From assembly GCA_963771885.1 (NCBI GenBank), contig CAVYVF010000022.1:224001-288000 (forward strand): 64,000 nucleotides of DNA. Direction: 5' to 3'. Both the position numbers and the translations under genes were made by a program. This DNA is from Candidatus Bathyarchaeota archaeon (GTDB lineage Archaea; Thermoproteota; Bathyarchaeia; TCS64). A model generated the notes under the pieces. That model had not been told where the DNA came from. It ran no database searches and saw only the letters and a program-made list of their open reading frames with translations. This document shows, in pieces, positions 30,303 to 41,339 of this stretch; position 1 is the stretch's first letter; the number at the start of each line of letters is the position of its first letter.

Positions 30303-30764
30303 CTACTTGTTCACCATCAGGATGGTGACAATCAGACCGTAGATGGCGAGACCCTCACCGAGAGCGACGAAGAGCAGAGCCCAGATAGAGAGCTCTGGCC
30401 TCTCCCTCAGCATCTCGGACCCTGCCTTGGCGGCGACCATGATACAGAGCGCGGCGGCGAAGCCGGCTCCGATCATCGTGAGCGCACCAGACAGTAGGGG
30501 CCACGCTGTTTCAGGTATCATTCCTTCTCCTCCTCCAAGGATTACTATTAGCGCAAAGAAGACACTCAGCACCACCATGAAAGCGCCGAACGCGTTTAGA
30601 GACGCGCCCCAGACGGTGCTCTTCCCCTCGACCTCGGCAGATGCGTTGATCGTCGAGCCCTGGATCATCGCCCAGGCAGCCGCGAGAATCGTGACGCCTA
30701 TGATGATCGCGGAGGGAAGCATGTCCACTTGCGCCGTTTCGGCGGCGACTAGCAGCGGAATCAT
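30303..30764 (-). CDS. A/V-type ATPase proteolipid subunit K (c), 4 TM
   Basis: ERPE loop and ALGEGLAIYG with conserved Glu. Confidence 0.85.
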   Translation of the reverse strand: MIPLLVAAETAQVDMLPSAIIIGVTILAAAWAMIQGSTINASAEVEGKSTVWGASLNAFGAFMVVLSVFFALIVILGGGEGMIPETAWPLLSGALTMIGAGFAAALCIMVAAKAGSEMLRERPELSIWALLFVALGEGLAIYGLIVTILMVNK

Positions 30765-30827
30765 TCTAATTCTTCTCCTTTTTCTCCTATACGTCCACCG
30801 TTCCGTTTATAACCTTTTCCGGCGGGG

Positions 30828-32997
30828 TCATTGAGCCACTTTCCTCTCCCGGGGAACCGTGAACGGTTTGAACGGCACTCCCTGACCCGTCGAAGAACTT
30901 ACCCATGAACTCGTAGTAGAGGAGCCTCAGGCTCTGCACTGTACTCGAGATGAGCTCGAAGCTCATGGCGACGATGTTCATGATCAGGAGTCCTACCGGT
31001 ATTGGTATCGGCAGAACGATCGCCTCGTTCAGTGCCTCCGCGGCGATTGCAAGGCTCGCGTGTGCGAGTGCGAATGCCGCGATACGCAGGAAGCTGAAGA
31101 GATTAGCGAGACCCTCGACGAAGGTCATCAGCAGACCGCCTATGCCCTCGCCGATGCTCTCCATGCCGACTCCGTGACCGTGCTGTATGCTGTGGATCAC
31201 AGGCTCAGCGAAACTAAGTAGCATTCCGAGAATCATGACGTAGAAGCCCCAGTAGCTCAGCGCTTGCATGAAGTTCATGCCGATGCTGATGAAGTACATC
31301 GCCGTCATGTATAGACCACCAACGTAGAGGATCATGCCCAAGCCGTGTTCGCCTAGTGCGCCTACTGGGTTGCCCTTCTTAATCTGGTTGTATGCGCCGA
31401 TCACGAGACCGATTATTACCTCAATGGCTGCTATCAGGAAAACTAGCTTCAACAGCGACGTGGTATCATGTATGGGGTTGGGCATTATTGGTTGGTAGAG
31501 GTGGTGCAGGAACTCCTCGTTGAGGAATATAGAGCCATAGAGGAAGCCGAAGATGATGGCTGATACTCCCATCGGAATGAAGAGCCCACCGAGGTACTTG
31601 AGCATCCCTCGCGTGTACTTGCGTGATAGGAAGATGCCTATCAGGAGAATTAGTAGGCCTTGGCCTACATCTCCGTACATGAGGCCAAACTGGAATGCGA
31701 AGACTATAATGCTGAGATAAGCGGGGTTGAACTCGTTGCTATTAGGGTAACCGCGCAGCGTCGTGAGTTTCCAGTTTGACTGGAGGAAGCTGGGGTGCAT
31801 TACAGGCGCTGGAGTCGGGACACCCCTGTCGCCGGGGTTTACATCGTCTACGTCGTAGATGATCTTCTCGCCCGTCTTTTGCTCGACTTCCTTGATTGCC
31901 TCGTGGAATTCACCGATGTTCTCGGCTGGCGTCCACCCCTGCAGTATGCTGAAGACCTTAGTCCTCATAACAGGTGCGCGGGCGTCAGTGGCTAAGCGCA
32001 GTGTATTGTAGCAGAACGTCGCCTCGCTGAGCGCCGTCATCTCACTCGCTTTAACGTCGGCTAGGACGTTCGCGTAACGCTCCTTCACCGACTCGGTCGC
32101 GGCCTGTAGCTTAGCGGCTTTCTCCTCTTCGATGAGTTTGATAGCGCTCTGGTGCTCTGCTTCTAGGGCAGCGAGTTTTTCATCAAAGGCCTCGCCTGGC
32201 GCCTGTATGCCCTTTATCCAAGCACTAACTTCATTCTGGTACTTTTCGAGCACTTTGCCTCGGTTATAGGGGTCAATGATCGTCTTGGCGTCCTCACTGA
32301 GAACGACAACGAGATCATATACCTCAAAGACAAGGAAGTGGTCCAACACAGATTTCTTAGCCGACTCAGGTCCAGACACTATGATGAAGCTCTCGGAGGC
32401 GTTTATCGTGTTCGCCTTGATCTTTACCTCCGGCTGCTTCGCTAGGTGCTGCTCCAGGCGCTTCAGGAACTCGGTGTTTATTATGCCGAATGCCAGGCTG
32501 TTCTTTAGATCCTCGGTACCAAGGGCCTTGATGAGCTCGATCTTCGTGTCCCAACGGGACTTTTGCTCGACGAGGCTTCGCCTTTTCTCGTGGAAAAGTG
32601 CGCTGCCCATGCTGATCTTCTCATCGTACTCCTTTGAGAGACGCTCGGACTCATTGGCTTGAGCCTCCCTGACATCCTTGAGTTTACCGATGACTCGGTC
32701 GAGGTGCCGAATAGCTTGCTTGGTCCTGACTTCGGGGTTTCGAGTGTAATCACGGAGCACGTCTAGTAGCGGCGTTGTCATCTCGATCTCGAAGTTTATG
32801 AGTTTCTTGAGCTCCTTGTAGCGGGGTGCGATCTCGTCGTATAGAGTCTTGTACTCTGGCCCCTTGACCTCCTTCTTGTACTCGTCGTAGTCGGGGCCTT
32901 TGACCTCGGTCAACTGTGTCACGCCCGCTGCGCCGAGGGAGTCGAGGACAAGGCTCTCATACTCCGGGAAGGTGATGATTGTGACTTTTTTCATCAA
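30828..32997 (-). CDS. A/V-type ATPase subunit I (a); +1 frameshift near 30881
   Basis: GLMYGDVGQG, SFLRIAAF, QSLRL.YYEF..KF; conserved G.PFKPF tail in shifted frame ending at 30828. Confidence 0.9.
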
Positions 32998-33060
32998 GGC
33001 GACTCACCTTAATGCGGTTCTTCCCATTAAAAACCTTAGGGCGAATATATGTTCTGCGCC

Positions 33061-33327
33061 TTACCCAGTCGGCTTTGAATCGGGTTTGGGGCTCAGTTGC
33101 CCCATTCTCTTGAAGACGAGGTAGGTCGTCACGAGGAAGAATACCATTGAGAGGAGTATTAGCACCTCTATGAGAATGAGGTTCCTCGGTTGTATCATAT
33201 AGATAATGATCATGGCAGCAATCATACCCGTGAGCGGGAAAAACATCATGAGGATGAAGAGGGGGCGTATCCTCCTTATAGTTTCCTCGAGCGTCAGCTT
33301 CTTCTCAGGGTTTCTGCGCTCGGCCAT
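33061..33327 (-). CDS. Small 2-TM membrane protein
   Basis: 88 aa, hydrophobic hairpin. Confidence 0.65.
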   Translation of the reverse strand: MAERRNPEKKLTLEETIRRIRPLFILMMFFPLTGMIAAMIIIYMIQPRNLILIEVLILLSMVFFLVTTYLVFKRMGQLSPKPDSKPTG

Positions 33328-33373
33328 GTTTATCGAAGCAGAAGAAAGTCCCGAGGCGTTAAAAAGGCTTAGC

Positions 33374-34333
33374 CTAGACCGAGATTGGGGTTGAGAGGGG
33401 CACGTCGAACGTCTGCGACACTGAGTCTAATGGCGCTGTTGCCTCTACGAGGCCGCGGAGCCTGTTCCTCAGCGTGACCTCCGTTGTCCCTGCCGCGTTT
33501 GCGACTTCTTTCTGGATGCGCCTATCGTCGTTCTTGAGGCATGCCATGTATAGTGCTGCAGCAGCTAGACCGCGTGGATCCTTGCCTGTTAGTCCTTGTC
33601 TTAGCTTCGCCGATCGTAGTATGTTGATTGCTTTGATCTCTGTGTCGTGTCTGAGTCGTAGCTTCGCGGCGATACTTGGGACGAACTTCGTCGGTTCATC
33701 CACAGGCATGCGTAACTTTAGCTCCTTGATTAGCAGCCTATAGGTCCTCGCCACCTCGTCGTGAGTCCTCGTGCTCGCCTCGGATACCTTCTTGATCGGG
33801 CGCGGCACCTGGGATGATCTGCACGCGGCGTAGACGGATGCCGCCACAAAGGCGTCGATGCTCCGACCGCGTATCAGATCAGCTTTCAAGGCCTTACGAT
33901 AGACAAGCGCTGCCTGCTCCCTCACCGGACTAGTGAGGTGTAGCAGAGCTGCGATCCTGTCGAGCTCCGCCATGGCCGCGCTTAGGTTTCTGCGTGTGGT
34001 CTCGTCGAACTTTGTCCTATTATCGTAGCGTCTTAGGCGGTCCATCTTGTGGCGCGCCTCACCTGACAGCCTCTTACCCGAGGCGTCCCGGTCTCCCCTG
34101 AACACGGTCGAGAGCCCCTTGTCGTACAGTGTTAAGGTTGCCCCTAACCCAGTGCGGCTTCGGCTACTCTTCTCGTCGACCGTGAATGCCCTCCACTCGG
34201 GACCCATGTCTATCGGCGTCTCCTCTAAGACTAGGCCACATTGGCTGCAGACGCGTTCACCATTTTCAGGGTCGCTGATGATGTTCGCGTTCCCGCACTT
34301 TGGGCACTTCCTCGTATCTTCTTGTATTTTCAT
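33374..34333 (-). CDS. tfb: Transcription initiation factor B
   Basis: CPKCG...CSQCG Zn ribbon, GPEWRAF, RGRS, GTTEVTLRNR. Confidence 0.96.
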   Translation of the reverse strand: MKIQEDTRKCPKCGNANIISDPENGERVCSQCGLVLEETPIDMGPEWRAFTVDEKSSRSRTGLGATLTLYDKGLSTVFRGDRDASGKRLSGEARHKMDRLRRYDNRTKFDETTRRNLSAAMAELDRIAALLHLTSPVREQAALVYRKALKADLIRGRSIDAFVAASVYAACRSSQVPRPIKKVSEASTRTHDEVARTYRLLIKELKLRMPVDEPTKFVPSIAAKLRLRHDTEIKAINILRSAKLRQGLTGKDPRGLAAAALYMACLKNDDRRIQKEVANAAGTTEVTLRNRLRGLVEATAPLDSVSQTFDVPLSTPISV

Positions 34334-34444
34334 ACTCTCTCACCCTTCTTCGTCTTCTCATGGTGTGTTAGCCCTGAGAAGAGTGTATTTTACATATACG
34401 TAAGTTATATATACCGGTGGCGCTTATAAGTCTTCTGGTATAAA

Positions 34445-34753
34445 TTGCCTAAACCACGGGGTACCTGCGGTGCCACAAAGATGAAGATCCTCGCTATAAT
34501 CTCCAGCAACTCGGAAAACGGGCAGGAATCCTACGGATACGACATCTGGAAGACAATGAAGAACCAGTTCCACATTTATCTTAGTGATAATGACATAGGT
34601 AATGTCTACCACCACCTCAACGACCTCTGCTCCCTAAACTACGTCTCGAGGGGAGACGAGGTCGACGGCAGATGCTTCTACGGGATTACGGATGTCGGAC
34701 TCTCTCTAAAGGCTAGATACAGACAATACATAGACATAATGAAGAAGGATTGA
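34445..34753 (+). CDS. PadR-like wHTH regulator
   Basis: SYGYDIWK...VYHHLNDL...FYGITDVG. Confidence 0.75.
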   Translation: MPKPRGTCGATKMKILAIISSNSENGQESYGYDIWKTMKNQFHIYLSDNDIGNVYHHLNDLCSLNYVSRGDEVDGRCFYGITDVGLSLKARYRQYIDIMKKD

Positions 34754-34758
34754 ACGGA

Positions 34759-35223
34759 CTACTCACTCTTCACTATACTGACGCGATCGCCTTTCCTGAG
34801 CGGAATATTCTCATCCGATGTTAGGCGTATCGTGACCTCTACCTCACGTTGACCCTTCTTGATGTCCTTCACGGTACCAGAGAAAAAGAGTTGGGGCAGC
34901 GACTCGGACGCACGCCTCATCTGCTCCCTTAGGTTCTCGAATTCTATGAGAAACGTTTTACCACGTGTTGTGAGTTCCGCACCGCCACCCCCTGATTTGC
35001 CGCCCTTATGAGCTAAGAGAAGGGGTTCACCGAGCTTCTCCTCTGCCTTCCGGATGAGCCCCCACGCGTATCGGTAGCTCATGCCGAGCTCGGTCGACGC
35101 CTCTTTGAGGGTGCCCACATCCATGACCTTCTTTAAGAGGCTATACACTCCAGGGCCGAAGACATAGCCGTCCTCTGTCTCCATCCAGACTTTAAAGGCG
35201 GGATGGGGCTTGCTGTGCTCCAT
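34759..35223 (-). CDS. ModE-like regulator (wHTH plus short TOBE-like tail)
   Basis: VFGPG, LGMSYRYAW, KGGKSGGGAELT. Confidence 0.85.
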   Translation of the reverse strand: MEHSKPHPAFKVWMETEDGYVFGPGVYSLLKKVMDVGTLKEASTELGMSYRYAWGLIRKAEEKLGEPLLLAHKGGKSGGGGAELTTRGKTFLIEFENLREQMRRASESLPQLFFSGTVKDIKKGQREVEVTIRLTSDENIPLRKGDRVSIVKSE

Positions 35224-35264
35224 GTTGGAGAAATGGTGTACTACGTTGAAATGCTTTTTCAAGG

Positions 35265-37091
35265 CTAGGGCTTCTCGGACTCGGTCTTGAACTGCATCTC
35301 ATAGAGCCTCTTGTAGAGCCCACCTTTGGCCATAAGTTCATCGTGTTTCCCAGCCTCAGCGATGACCCCGTTCTCAATGACAACAATCTGATCAGCGTTT
35401 CGCACCGTGGAGAGACGGTGTGCTATGACTATAGCTGTCCTCCCTTTCAGTATCTTATCCATCGCCTTCTGGATTAGTAGCTCCGTATAGGCGTCGATAC
35501 TGCTTGTCGCCTCATCCATGATGAGTATTCGCGGGTTCGCAATTAGTGCCCTCGCCAGGGAGACAAGTTGTCTCTGGCCGACGCTGAGTCTCCCGCCGCG
35601 CTCCTTGACCTCCGTCTGGTATCCCTCTGGGAGCCTAGTTATGAACTCATGAGCCCCGACCGCCTTTGAGACGGCTATAACGTCCTCATCCGTTGCCCCG
35701 GGGCGGCTGTATCTTATGTTCTCCATAATCGTGCCGCTGAAGAGGAATGGATCCTGTAGCACGATGCCCATCTGCCTCCTGAGGGATTCTATGCTTATCC
35801 GCCTCAGGTCTCTACCGTCGATCAATATCCGACCCTCGGTCGGGTCATAGAAACGGTAGAGGAGATTGATCATTGTCGTTTTTCCGACGCCAGTCGGGCC
35901 GATGAAGGCGACGGTGGTGTTAGGCGCTATTCTGAGGTTTATGTCATGTAAGATCCGGTTGTCATTGTCATAGCCGAAGGTCATATGGTCATAGACTATC
36001 TCGCCTCTGATTGCTATAATGGGCTCCGAGTCGGATGAGTCCTCTATGCCAATGGGAGCGTCCACTATGTTGAATACTCTCTCCGCCGCCGCGAAGGCAG
36101 ACTGTATGCTCGTCCAGATGTTGCTCAGCTCCTGGATGGGCATGAAGAAGCGGGTGATATAGCTCATGAAGATAAAAAGTGTGCCAACCGTAACGGCGTG
36201 TTGTATGACAGCCATGCCACCGAACCAGAGCACCAACGCCTGCCCGACTGAAGTGAAGAACGTGACGGTCGGGAAGAAGGCCGACATGACGCGTCCCGCC
36301 TCCGTATTTGCGGCGCGGTTTGACTCGTTCACGTTTCGAAACTCGCGTCTAGTTTCGTCCTCTTTGCTGAAGCTCTGTATCTCCCGTATCCCGCTAACAG
36401 ACTCCTCCATCTGGGCGGAGACGCTGGCGATCGACTTTCGGGTCTCGCGGTAGACCGTTCGCACACGCTTGCCCCAAACGATCATCCAGACGAGCATGAC
36501 CGGGATTATGGCGAAGCTGACGAGGCTAAGCTGTGGGTTGATGGAGAACATGATGACGACGATGCCAGCGATGGTCAGTAGGTCAGCTGCAGCTGTGATT
36601 ATCCCCGAGCTTATGAGCTCAGAAAGTTTGTCGATGTCGTTCGTGGCGCGGCTGACTAGGCTGCCTGGCTCCTTATCTGCGAAGTAACCTAAAGAGAGCC
36701 TCTGGAGGTGGTCGAAGACGTCCTTCCTAAGGTCGTACTCCATCCTGCCGAATAGCCACTCGATGAGGTAGTTCTGCGTTGACTGGGCGGCGTAGGTCGA
36801 GACGGCGACGACGACGTATCCGGCGGCGACTAGCGCGAGCCCTGCGGCATCTAGGCCGGGTATGTATGTGTCTATCGCCATTCCATAGAGTAGTGTGGGT
36901 AGGAGGTTGAGTCCCGTTGTGGCTACGACAGTTATGAACATCAGGGCGGCTCGTCGCTTGTACTTGAGGACGTACCTGAACATTCGGATGGCTAGTACGG
37001 AGTCTGGTACCTGTCGAAAGGCGTTTTCTTCCTCGTCAACTACTATGCCGTGGAAGCCTCCGCCGCCACCTCCCCCACCGCGCATTCCCAT
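35265..37091 (-). CDS. ABC exporter, fused permease/ATPase
   Basis: GPTGVGKT, LSVGQRQ, DEATS, AHRL. Confidence 0.93.
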   Translation of the reverse strand: MGMRGGGGGGGGFHGIVVDEEENAFRQVPDSVLAIRMFRYVLKYKRRAALMFITVVATTGLNLLPTLLYGMAIDTYIPGLDAAGLALVAAGYVVVAVSTYAAQSTQNYLIEWLFGRMEYDLRKDVFDHLQRLSLGYFADKEPGSLVSRATNDIDKLSELISSGIITAAADLLTIAGIVVIMFSINPQLSLVSFAIIPVMLVWMIVWGKRVRTVYRETRKSIASVSAQMEESVSGIREIQSFSKEDETRREFRNVNESNRAANTEAGRVMSAFFPTVTFFTSVGQALVLWFGGMAVIQHAVTVGTLFIFMSYITRFFMPIQELSNIWTSIQSAFAAAERVFNIVDAPIGIEDSSDSEPIIAIRGEIVYDHMTFGYDNDNRILHDINLRIAPNTTVAFIGPTGVGKTTMINLLYRFYDPTEGRILIDGRDLRRISIESLRRQMGIVLQDPFLFSGTIMENIRYSRPGATDEDVIAVSKAVGAHEFITRLPEGYQTEVKERGGRLSVGQRQLVSLARALIANPRILIMDEATSSIDAYTELLIQKAMDKILKGRTAIVIAHRLSTVRNADQIVVIENGVIAEAGKHDELMAKGGLYKRLYEMQFKTESEKP

Positions 37092-37092
37092 G

Positions 37093-38964
37093 TTAATCGC
37101 CTCCTTTCCTATCGGAGCCTGAGACCTGCGTCTCGTATAGCTTCCGATAGATGCCGTCCCGCTCTATGAGTTGTTCGTGTGTGCCCTCTTCGGTCACAGT
37201 GCCGTCGTCGAGAACAACAATGTAGTCCGCCTTCTTGATGCTGCTCAGGCGCTGAGTGATGATGAAGGTGGTCCTGTCGGCGAGCAACTCGTCTAGGGCT
37301 TGTTGGATGTCGTGCTCGGTTTGAGTGTCGACGCTGCTCGTTGAGTCGTCGAGGATGAGTATTTTCGGATTTTTTAGGAGGGCACGCGCGATCGCGATGC
37401 GTTGTTTCTGACCTCCCGAGATGGTGACCCCGCGCTCCCCGACCGGGGTGTTGTAGCCCTTCGGCGTAGAGGCTATGTAGTCATGTATCTTCGCGCGCTT
37501 CGCCGCTGCTTCAATGTCCTCAAGCTTCGCATTCTCGACTCCATAAGCGATGTTCTCCCTGAAGGTTGTGCTGAAGATGAAGGGGTCCTGTCGGACTATC
37601 CCTATGTGTTCTCGGAGTGACTTGATTTTATAGTCACGGATATCACGTCCATCTATCTTGATTGAGCCCGCTGTTACGTCGTAGAATCGTGGAATGAGGT
37701 TGATTATGCTGCTCTTGCCACTACCAGTCGCCCCGAGAATCGCCACTGTCATCCCCGGCTTGACGTCGAGGTTCACGTCGTGCAGCACGAGGTTCTTCTC
37801 GTCGTATCTGAAGTCGACTTGGTTGAACTCGACGTGGCCGATTAGTTGGGATATATCGACGGCGTCTGGCTTGTCGTGCACCGCTATTTTTGCGTCTATC
37901 GTCTCGAAGACGCGCCCAGCCGCTGCGTCAGCCCTGAGGAGCAGGTTGGAGATGTTCCCGAGCATTCTAACGGGCTGGGCGATGCGTGTCAGGTAGAGGT
38001 AGAAAGCGATGACGCTGCCTATACTGAGGGCACCGGCTATCACTTGGTTGCCGCCGTACCAGAGTATGAGGACGAATCCTGCGCTTGTGATCAGTGTCGC
38101 GAGGGGTAGGAAGAAGGCGCGGTACTTCGCCGTCATTACGTGGAGATCGAAGTACTTTGTGAGCTCGCGTTCAATCTTGGCCTCTTCCTGCTTCTCCTGG
38201 GCGAAGCCGCGGACTACGCGCAGTCCCATGAGGTTCTCCTGGAAGATGCTCGTTATCTCGCCGTATTGTTGGCGCATCCTCTGTGTCACGGGGAAGGACT
38301 TGCGCCCGAAGGCGAGCATCGTGACGAAGAGGAAGGGGAGCACTATGAGCGTGATCATTGTGAGTGAGGCATCCGTGTTCCAGAGGTTCCAGAAGACGAG
38401 GGCGATCAGGAGTATCGTTGAAATGCTCATCCTGAGCCCAACGTCGAACCACCTATCTATCTGGTCTATGTCCCCCGTTGCGCGGGCCATGAGCTGCCCA
38501 GTCCTCTGCTTGTCGTAGAAGCTGAAGCTCTGTTCGAGGAGGCTGTTGTACATGTCGCTACGGAGCCCATATGTGCCGCGCTGGCTGATCCACGCGCCGC
38601 CATAGCGTACAGCGTAATTCAACAACGCTACGCCACCCGCCACAAATATGAGACTGAAAATGTAGGTTGCTAGGGTTGCATAGCTCGGGTCGTAGTCGAG
38701 GCGGGAGGCGACCCACTGCGAGGCAGGTAGCAGTAGTATGCCCATAAGTCCGCCGTCCCAGCCTGAGAGGCTCCCCCCTGTGGATATGCTGCTAATGAGG
38801 TCGATGATGTCGCCTATCATCATGGGCATCTGAACGTCTAGGAACGTGGATACGAGTATGAGGGCGACGACGGCCTTTAGCTGCCAAAAACCGGTGACGT
38901 AGCCCATCATGCGCCCGAAGTTGCCCCGCTGGTTGCCCCGCCGTTCTGCCGACATACGCAACAC
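37093..38964 (-). CDS. ABC exporter, fused permease/ATPase (degenerate-site partner of a heterodimer)
   Basis: GATGSGKS, ISGGQKQ, DDSTS, TQRL. Confidence 0.93.
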   Translation of the reverse strand: MLRMSAERRGNQRGNFGRMMGYVTGFWQLKAVVALILVSTFLDVQMPMMIGDIIDLISSISTGGSLSGWDGGLMGILLLPASQWVASRLDYDPSYATLATYIFSLIFVAGGVALLNYAVRYGGAWISQRGTYGLRSDMYNSLLEQSFSFYDKQRTGQLMARATGDIDQIDRWFDVGLRMSISTILLIALVFWNLWNTDASLTMITLIVLPFLFVTMLAFGRKSFPVTQRMRQQYGEITSIFQENLMGLRVVRGFAQEKQEEAKIERELTKYFDLHVMTAKYRAFFLPLATLITSAGFVLILWYGGNQVIAGALSIGSVIAFYLYLTRIAQPVRMLGNISNLLLRADAAAGRVFETIDAKIAVHDKPDAVDISQLIGHVEFNQVDFRYDEKNLVLHDVNLDVKPGMTVAILGATGSGKSSIINLIPRFYDVTAGSIKIDGRDIRDYKIKSLREHIGIVRQDPFIFSTTFRENIAYGVENAKLEDIEAAAKRAKIHDYIASTPKGYNTPVGERGVTISGGQKQRIAIARALLKNPKILILDDSTSSVDTQTEHDIQQALDELLADRTTFIITQRLSSIKKADYIVVLDDGTVTEEGTHEQLIERDGIYRKLYETQVSGSDRKGGD

Positions 38965-39555
38965 CTAGATATCCAGTAGCTGGGTGAGTTCCTGGATCGC
39001 TGCTGAGTGTTCGCGGTCCTTGGCGAGGGTGATATGGGTCAGCAGCTGTAGGAGGGGGCGCTGAACCTGTTTTTCGAGGGTCCCCGGGTCGGTCTGGCGT
39101 TCGACTACCTCCTCGAAAGCCCGGCGTTCAGCGTCGACGCATTTTCGTATCAGGGATAGGGCACGCGCCTTCTTCGCCTCCGGGACGTCTACGCTGAAGA
39201 TGCCGAGCCCGGGTATCATCTTCTTCAGAACCGCGTCCTGGTACTGAGCGTATTCGTCGTCCTTTTGGAGGCTCTCGCTGAGGGAGTAAGAGATTATGAA
39301 CCGGTGGGCTGTGGCGTGGTAGTAGGGTTGTATCATGTTTCGGACTTTCTCCTCGCGCGTCTGCGCCACGAGCCCCGCGCCGATGAGCTGGTTGAGGTGG
39401 TGCTGTATGCTTGAGAAATTCTTGTCGAGGGCCTTAGCGAGGTCGGCTGGTGACATCTCCTTGTGCCTTAGCATGTGTAGTATGCGTCGGCGGGTGTCGT
39501 CTGCGAGCAGCTTGGCGACCTCGGGGTCCTTGATGATCTTTATGTCGGCACTCAA
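38965..39555 (-). CDS. ArsR-like wHTH regulator
   Basis: LADDTRRRIL...IQHHLNQL..AGLV. Confidence 0.85.
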   Translation of the reverse strand: MSADIKIIKDPEVAKLLADDTRRRILHMLRHKEMSPADLAKALDKNFSSIQHHLNQLIGAGLVAQTREEKVRNMIQPYYHATAHRFIISYSLSESLQKDDEYAQYQDAVLKKMIPGLGIFSVDVPEAKKARALSLIRKCVDAERRAFEEVVERQTDPGTLEKQVQRPLLQLLTHITLAKDREHSAAIQELTQLLDI

Positions 39556-39653
39556 CGGAGTCAGCTACAGGACATTGTAGCGATATATAAAAATGTAACT
39601 TGGGCGGTGGGGTTAAAACGCCAATTGGGGCCTATTTCGTGTGTTCCCGTCTG

Positions 39654-40238
39654 GTGAAGCGTTTGGATAAGGCGAGGCTTTTCGCAGAGCTTGTCGAAGA
39701 CGTCGCTGATTGTCATGACTGTGGACTCTGCGAAGGCGCCAAGAACAGGGTGAACGGGGAGGGCGACCTAGACTCACGCGTCGTCTTCGTGGGTGAGGCG
39801 CCGGGGCGGAGAGAGGATGAGTCGGGTCGCCCCTTCGTCGGCTCGGCGGGCAAACTCCTCGACAAGCTCCTCGCTGGCGCTGGGCTTAGCAGGGATAGTG
39901 TCTTCATATCGAACGTCGTGAGATGCCGCCCCCCGGGTAATAGGAGGCCGAAGCGGTCCGAGGTCGAAGCCTGTTCGCGCCATATAGAGAGGCTGTTGGG
40001 GATTATTGCGCCTCGTGTCGTTGCACCGATGGGGAACAGCGCCGTTGGGTTCCTTTTCGAGAGGCATAGGCTCGGGGAGGCGGTGATAGGGGATGTTCAT
40101 GGAAAGCCGATAAAGGTCGAGATGCCCTGGGGGAGGGTTATTATCTTCCCGCTCTACCATCCGGCGGCTGCGATCTACAACAGGAAGCTGCTAGGGGAGC
40201 TAGAAGCGGACATGAAAGCGCTGGCGGCGCTACTTTAG
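39654..40238 (+). CDS. Family 4 uracil-DNA glycosylase
   Basis: CxxC.LC, GEAPG, PFVG, CRPPGNR, YHPAA; start uncertain. Confidence 0.93.
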   Translation: MKRLDKARLFAELVEDVADCHDCGLCEGAKNRVNGEGDLDSRVVFVGEAPGRREDESGRPFVGSAGKLLDKLLAGAGLSRDSVFISNVVRCRPPGNRRPKRSEVEACSRHIERLLGIIAPRVVAPMGNSAVGFLFERHRLGEAVIGDVHGKPIKVEMPWGRVIIFPLYHPAAAIYNRKLLGELEADMKALAALL

Positions 40239-41180
40239 CGCATGCAGCCTCTTGACGATGTTGGGGTGGGTGCTGAAGAGCTCGAGGAAGCTGTCGATGC
40301 CTGTGACTCGGCGGCTGAGAATGTCGTCGACTAGACGCTGGTCTGGTTCGCCGCCTCTCGCGGTCTGGAGCTCGGCGACGTCTATGCCTGCCCTGTCGGG
40401 GTCGGCGATGAATAGGCTCTTGAAGCCACTCTCCGCGATCTTCTCCCCTCGGCGCTGCTGGGTCCAGGTGCCTGTGCTTATCTTTGCGAGACCCTCGCTG
40501 AGTTTTCGGGCGCCGTCAGGTATTACTGAGGCAGCGTGTTTGTCGGCGAAGTATTCGCGTTGGCGGCTTAGGCTGAGGTTTAGGAGGGTCAGGATGAAGT
40601 AGACGAGCATGCTGATGCCTCCTACCGCGGCGAGTGCTGCTCCGCCCTCGCTTTTACGGGCTTTTCCCCCGAACCAGTTGCTGTAGAGTAGGCTTCTGGC
40701 GGCTATGTAGAAGAGGCTTGGGAGTAGGCTTGCGACCATCATTATCTGGGTGTCTCTGTGTTTGAGGTGTCCTACCTCGTGGGCGATGACTGCTTCGACC
40801 TCGTCGGGTTGGAGGGTTGTGATTAGTCCCTCGGTGACTGCGACCATGTTGCCGGTTAGGGGTGAGCCGTAGGCGAAGGCGTTGGGGATGGTGAGCTTAC
40901 TGAGCATTAGGGTGGGGGTCTTTATGCCGCTGTTCTTTGAGATGGTTTCGAGGCTGCTCTGTAGCTGGGGGTTGTCTGCCTTCTTTACGCCATACATCGC
41001 GTTTACGATGTAGGGGGCTAGGAGCCATTGGGCGAGGTTGAAGATGGCGACTGTGGCGATGAGGGTTGTGAGGTTTAGTGCTTCTAGGTACCAGAGGATG
41101 CCGGTTAGGGCGAGTGTTGTGACGGCGATGATTGTGGCGACGGTCGCCGCCATTGTGAGTTGGAGCCTCGTGGTGTTCAC
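40230..41180 (-). CDS. htpX: HtpX-family M48 zinc protease
   Basis: PNAFA, AHEVGH, SRQREYFAD, FSTHP. Confidence 0.92.
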   Translation of the reverse strand: MNTTRLQLTMAATVATIIAVTTLALTGILWYLEALNLTTLIATVAIFNLAQWLLAPYIVNAMYGVKKADNPQLQSSLETISKNSGIKTPTLMLSKLTIPNAFAYGSPLTGNMVAVTEGLITTLQPDEVEAVIAHEVGHLKHRDTQIMMVASLLPSLFYIAARSLLYSNWFGGKARKSEGGAALAAVGGISMLVYFILTLLNLSLSRQREYFADKHAASVIPDGARKLSEGLAKISTGTWTQQRRGEKIAESGFKSLFIADPDRAGIDVAELQTARGGEPDQRLVDDILSRRVTGIDSFLELFSTHPNIVKRLHALK

Positions 41181-41226
41181 GGGGTGGTTGGTGTGTGGCG
41201 GCGGGATTTAAGGGATAGTCTCGCGT

Positions 41227-41339
41227 GGGGGAGCGGGGCTGGGGGGTGGGGGTTGATGGATTGGCGTTAATTTTCGGGGGTTTCGGGGGCTAGGGGCGGT
41301 ATTTAGCGGGGGTTTGTGTTACGTGTTTCTTCGCGGGGG
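41227..41339 (+). repeat. G-tract cluster with two G-quadruplex-type motifs
   Basis: G5-G4-G6-G5 at 41227-41252; G5-G5-G4-G5 at 41276-41312. Confidence 0.6.

Noticed and set aside
37058..37081. Poly-Gly run at the ABC exporter N-terminus
   Set aside because: Ordinary low-complexity leader with mixed codons, not a DNA repeat element
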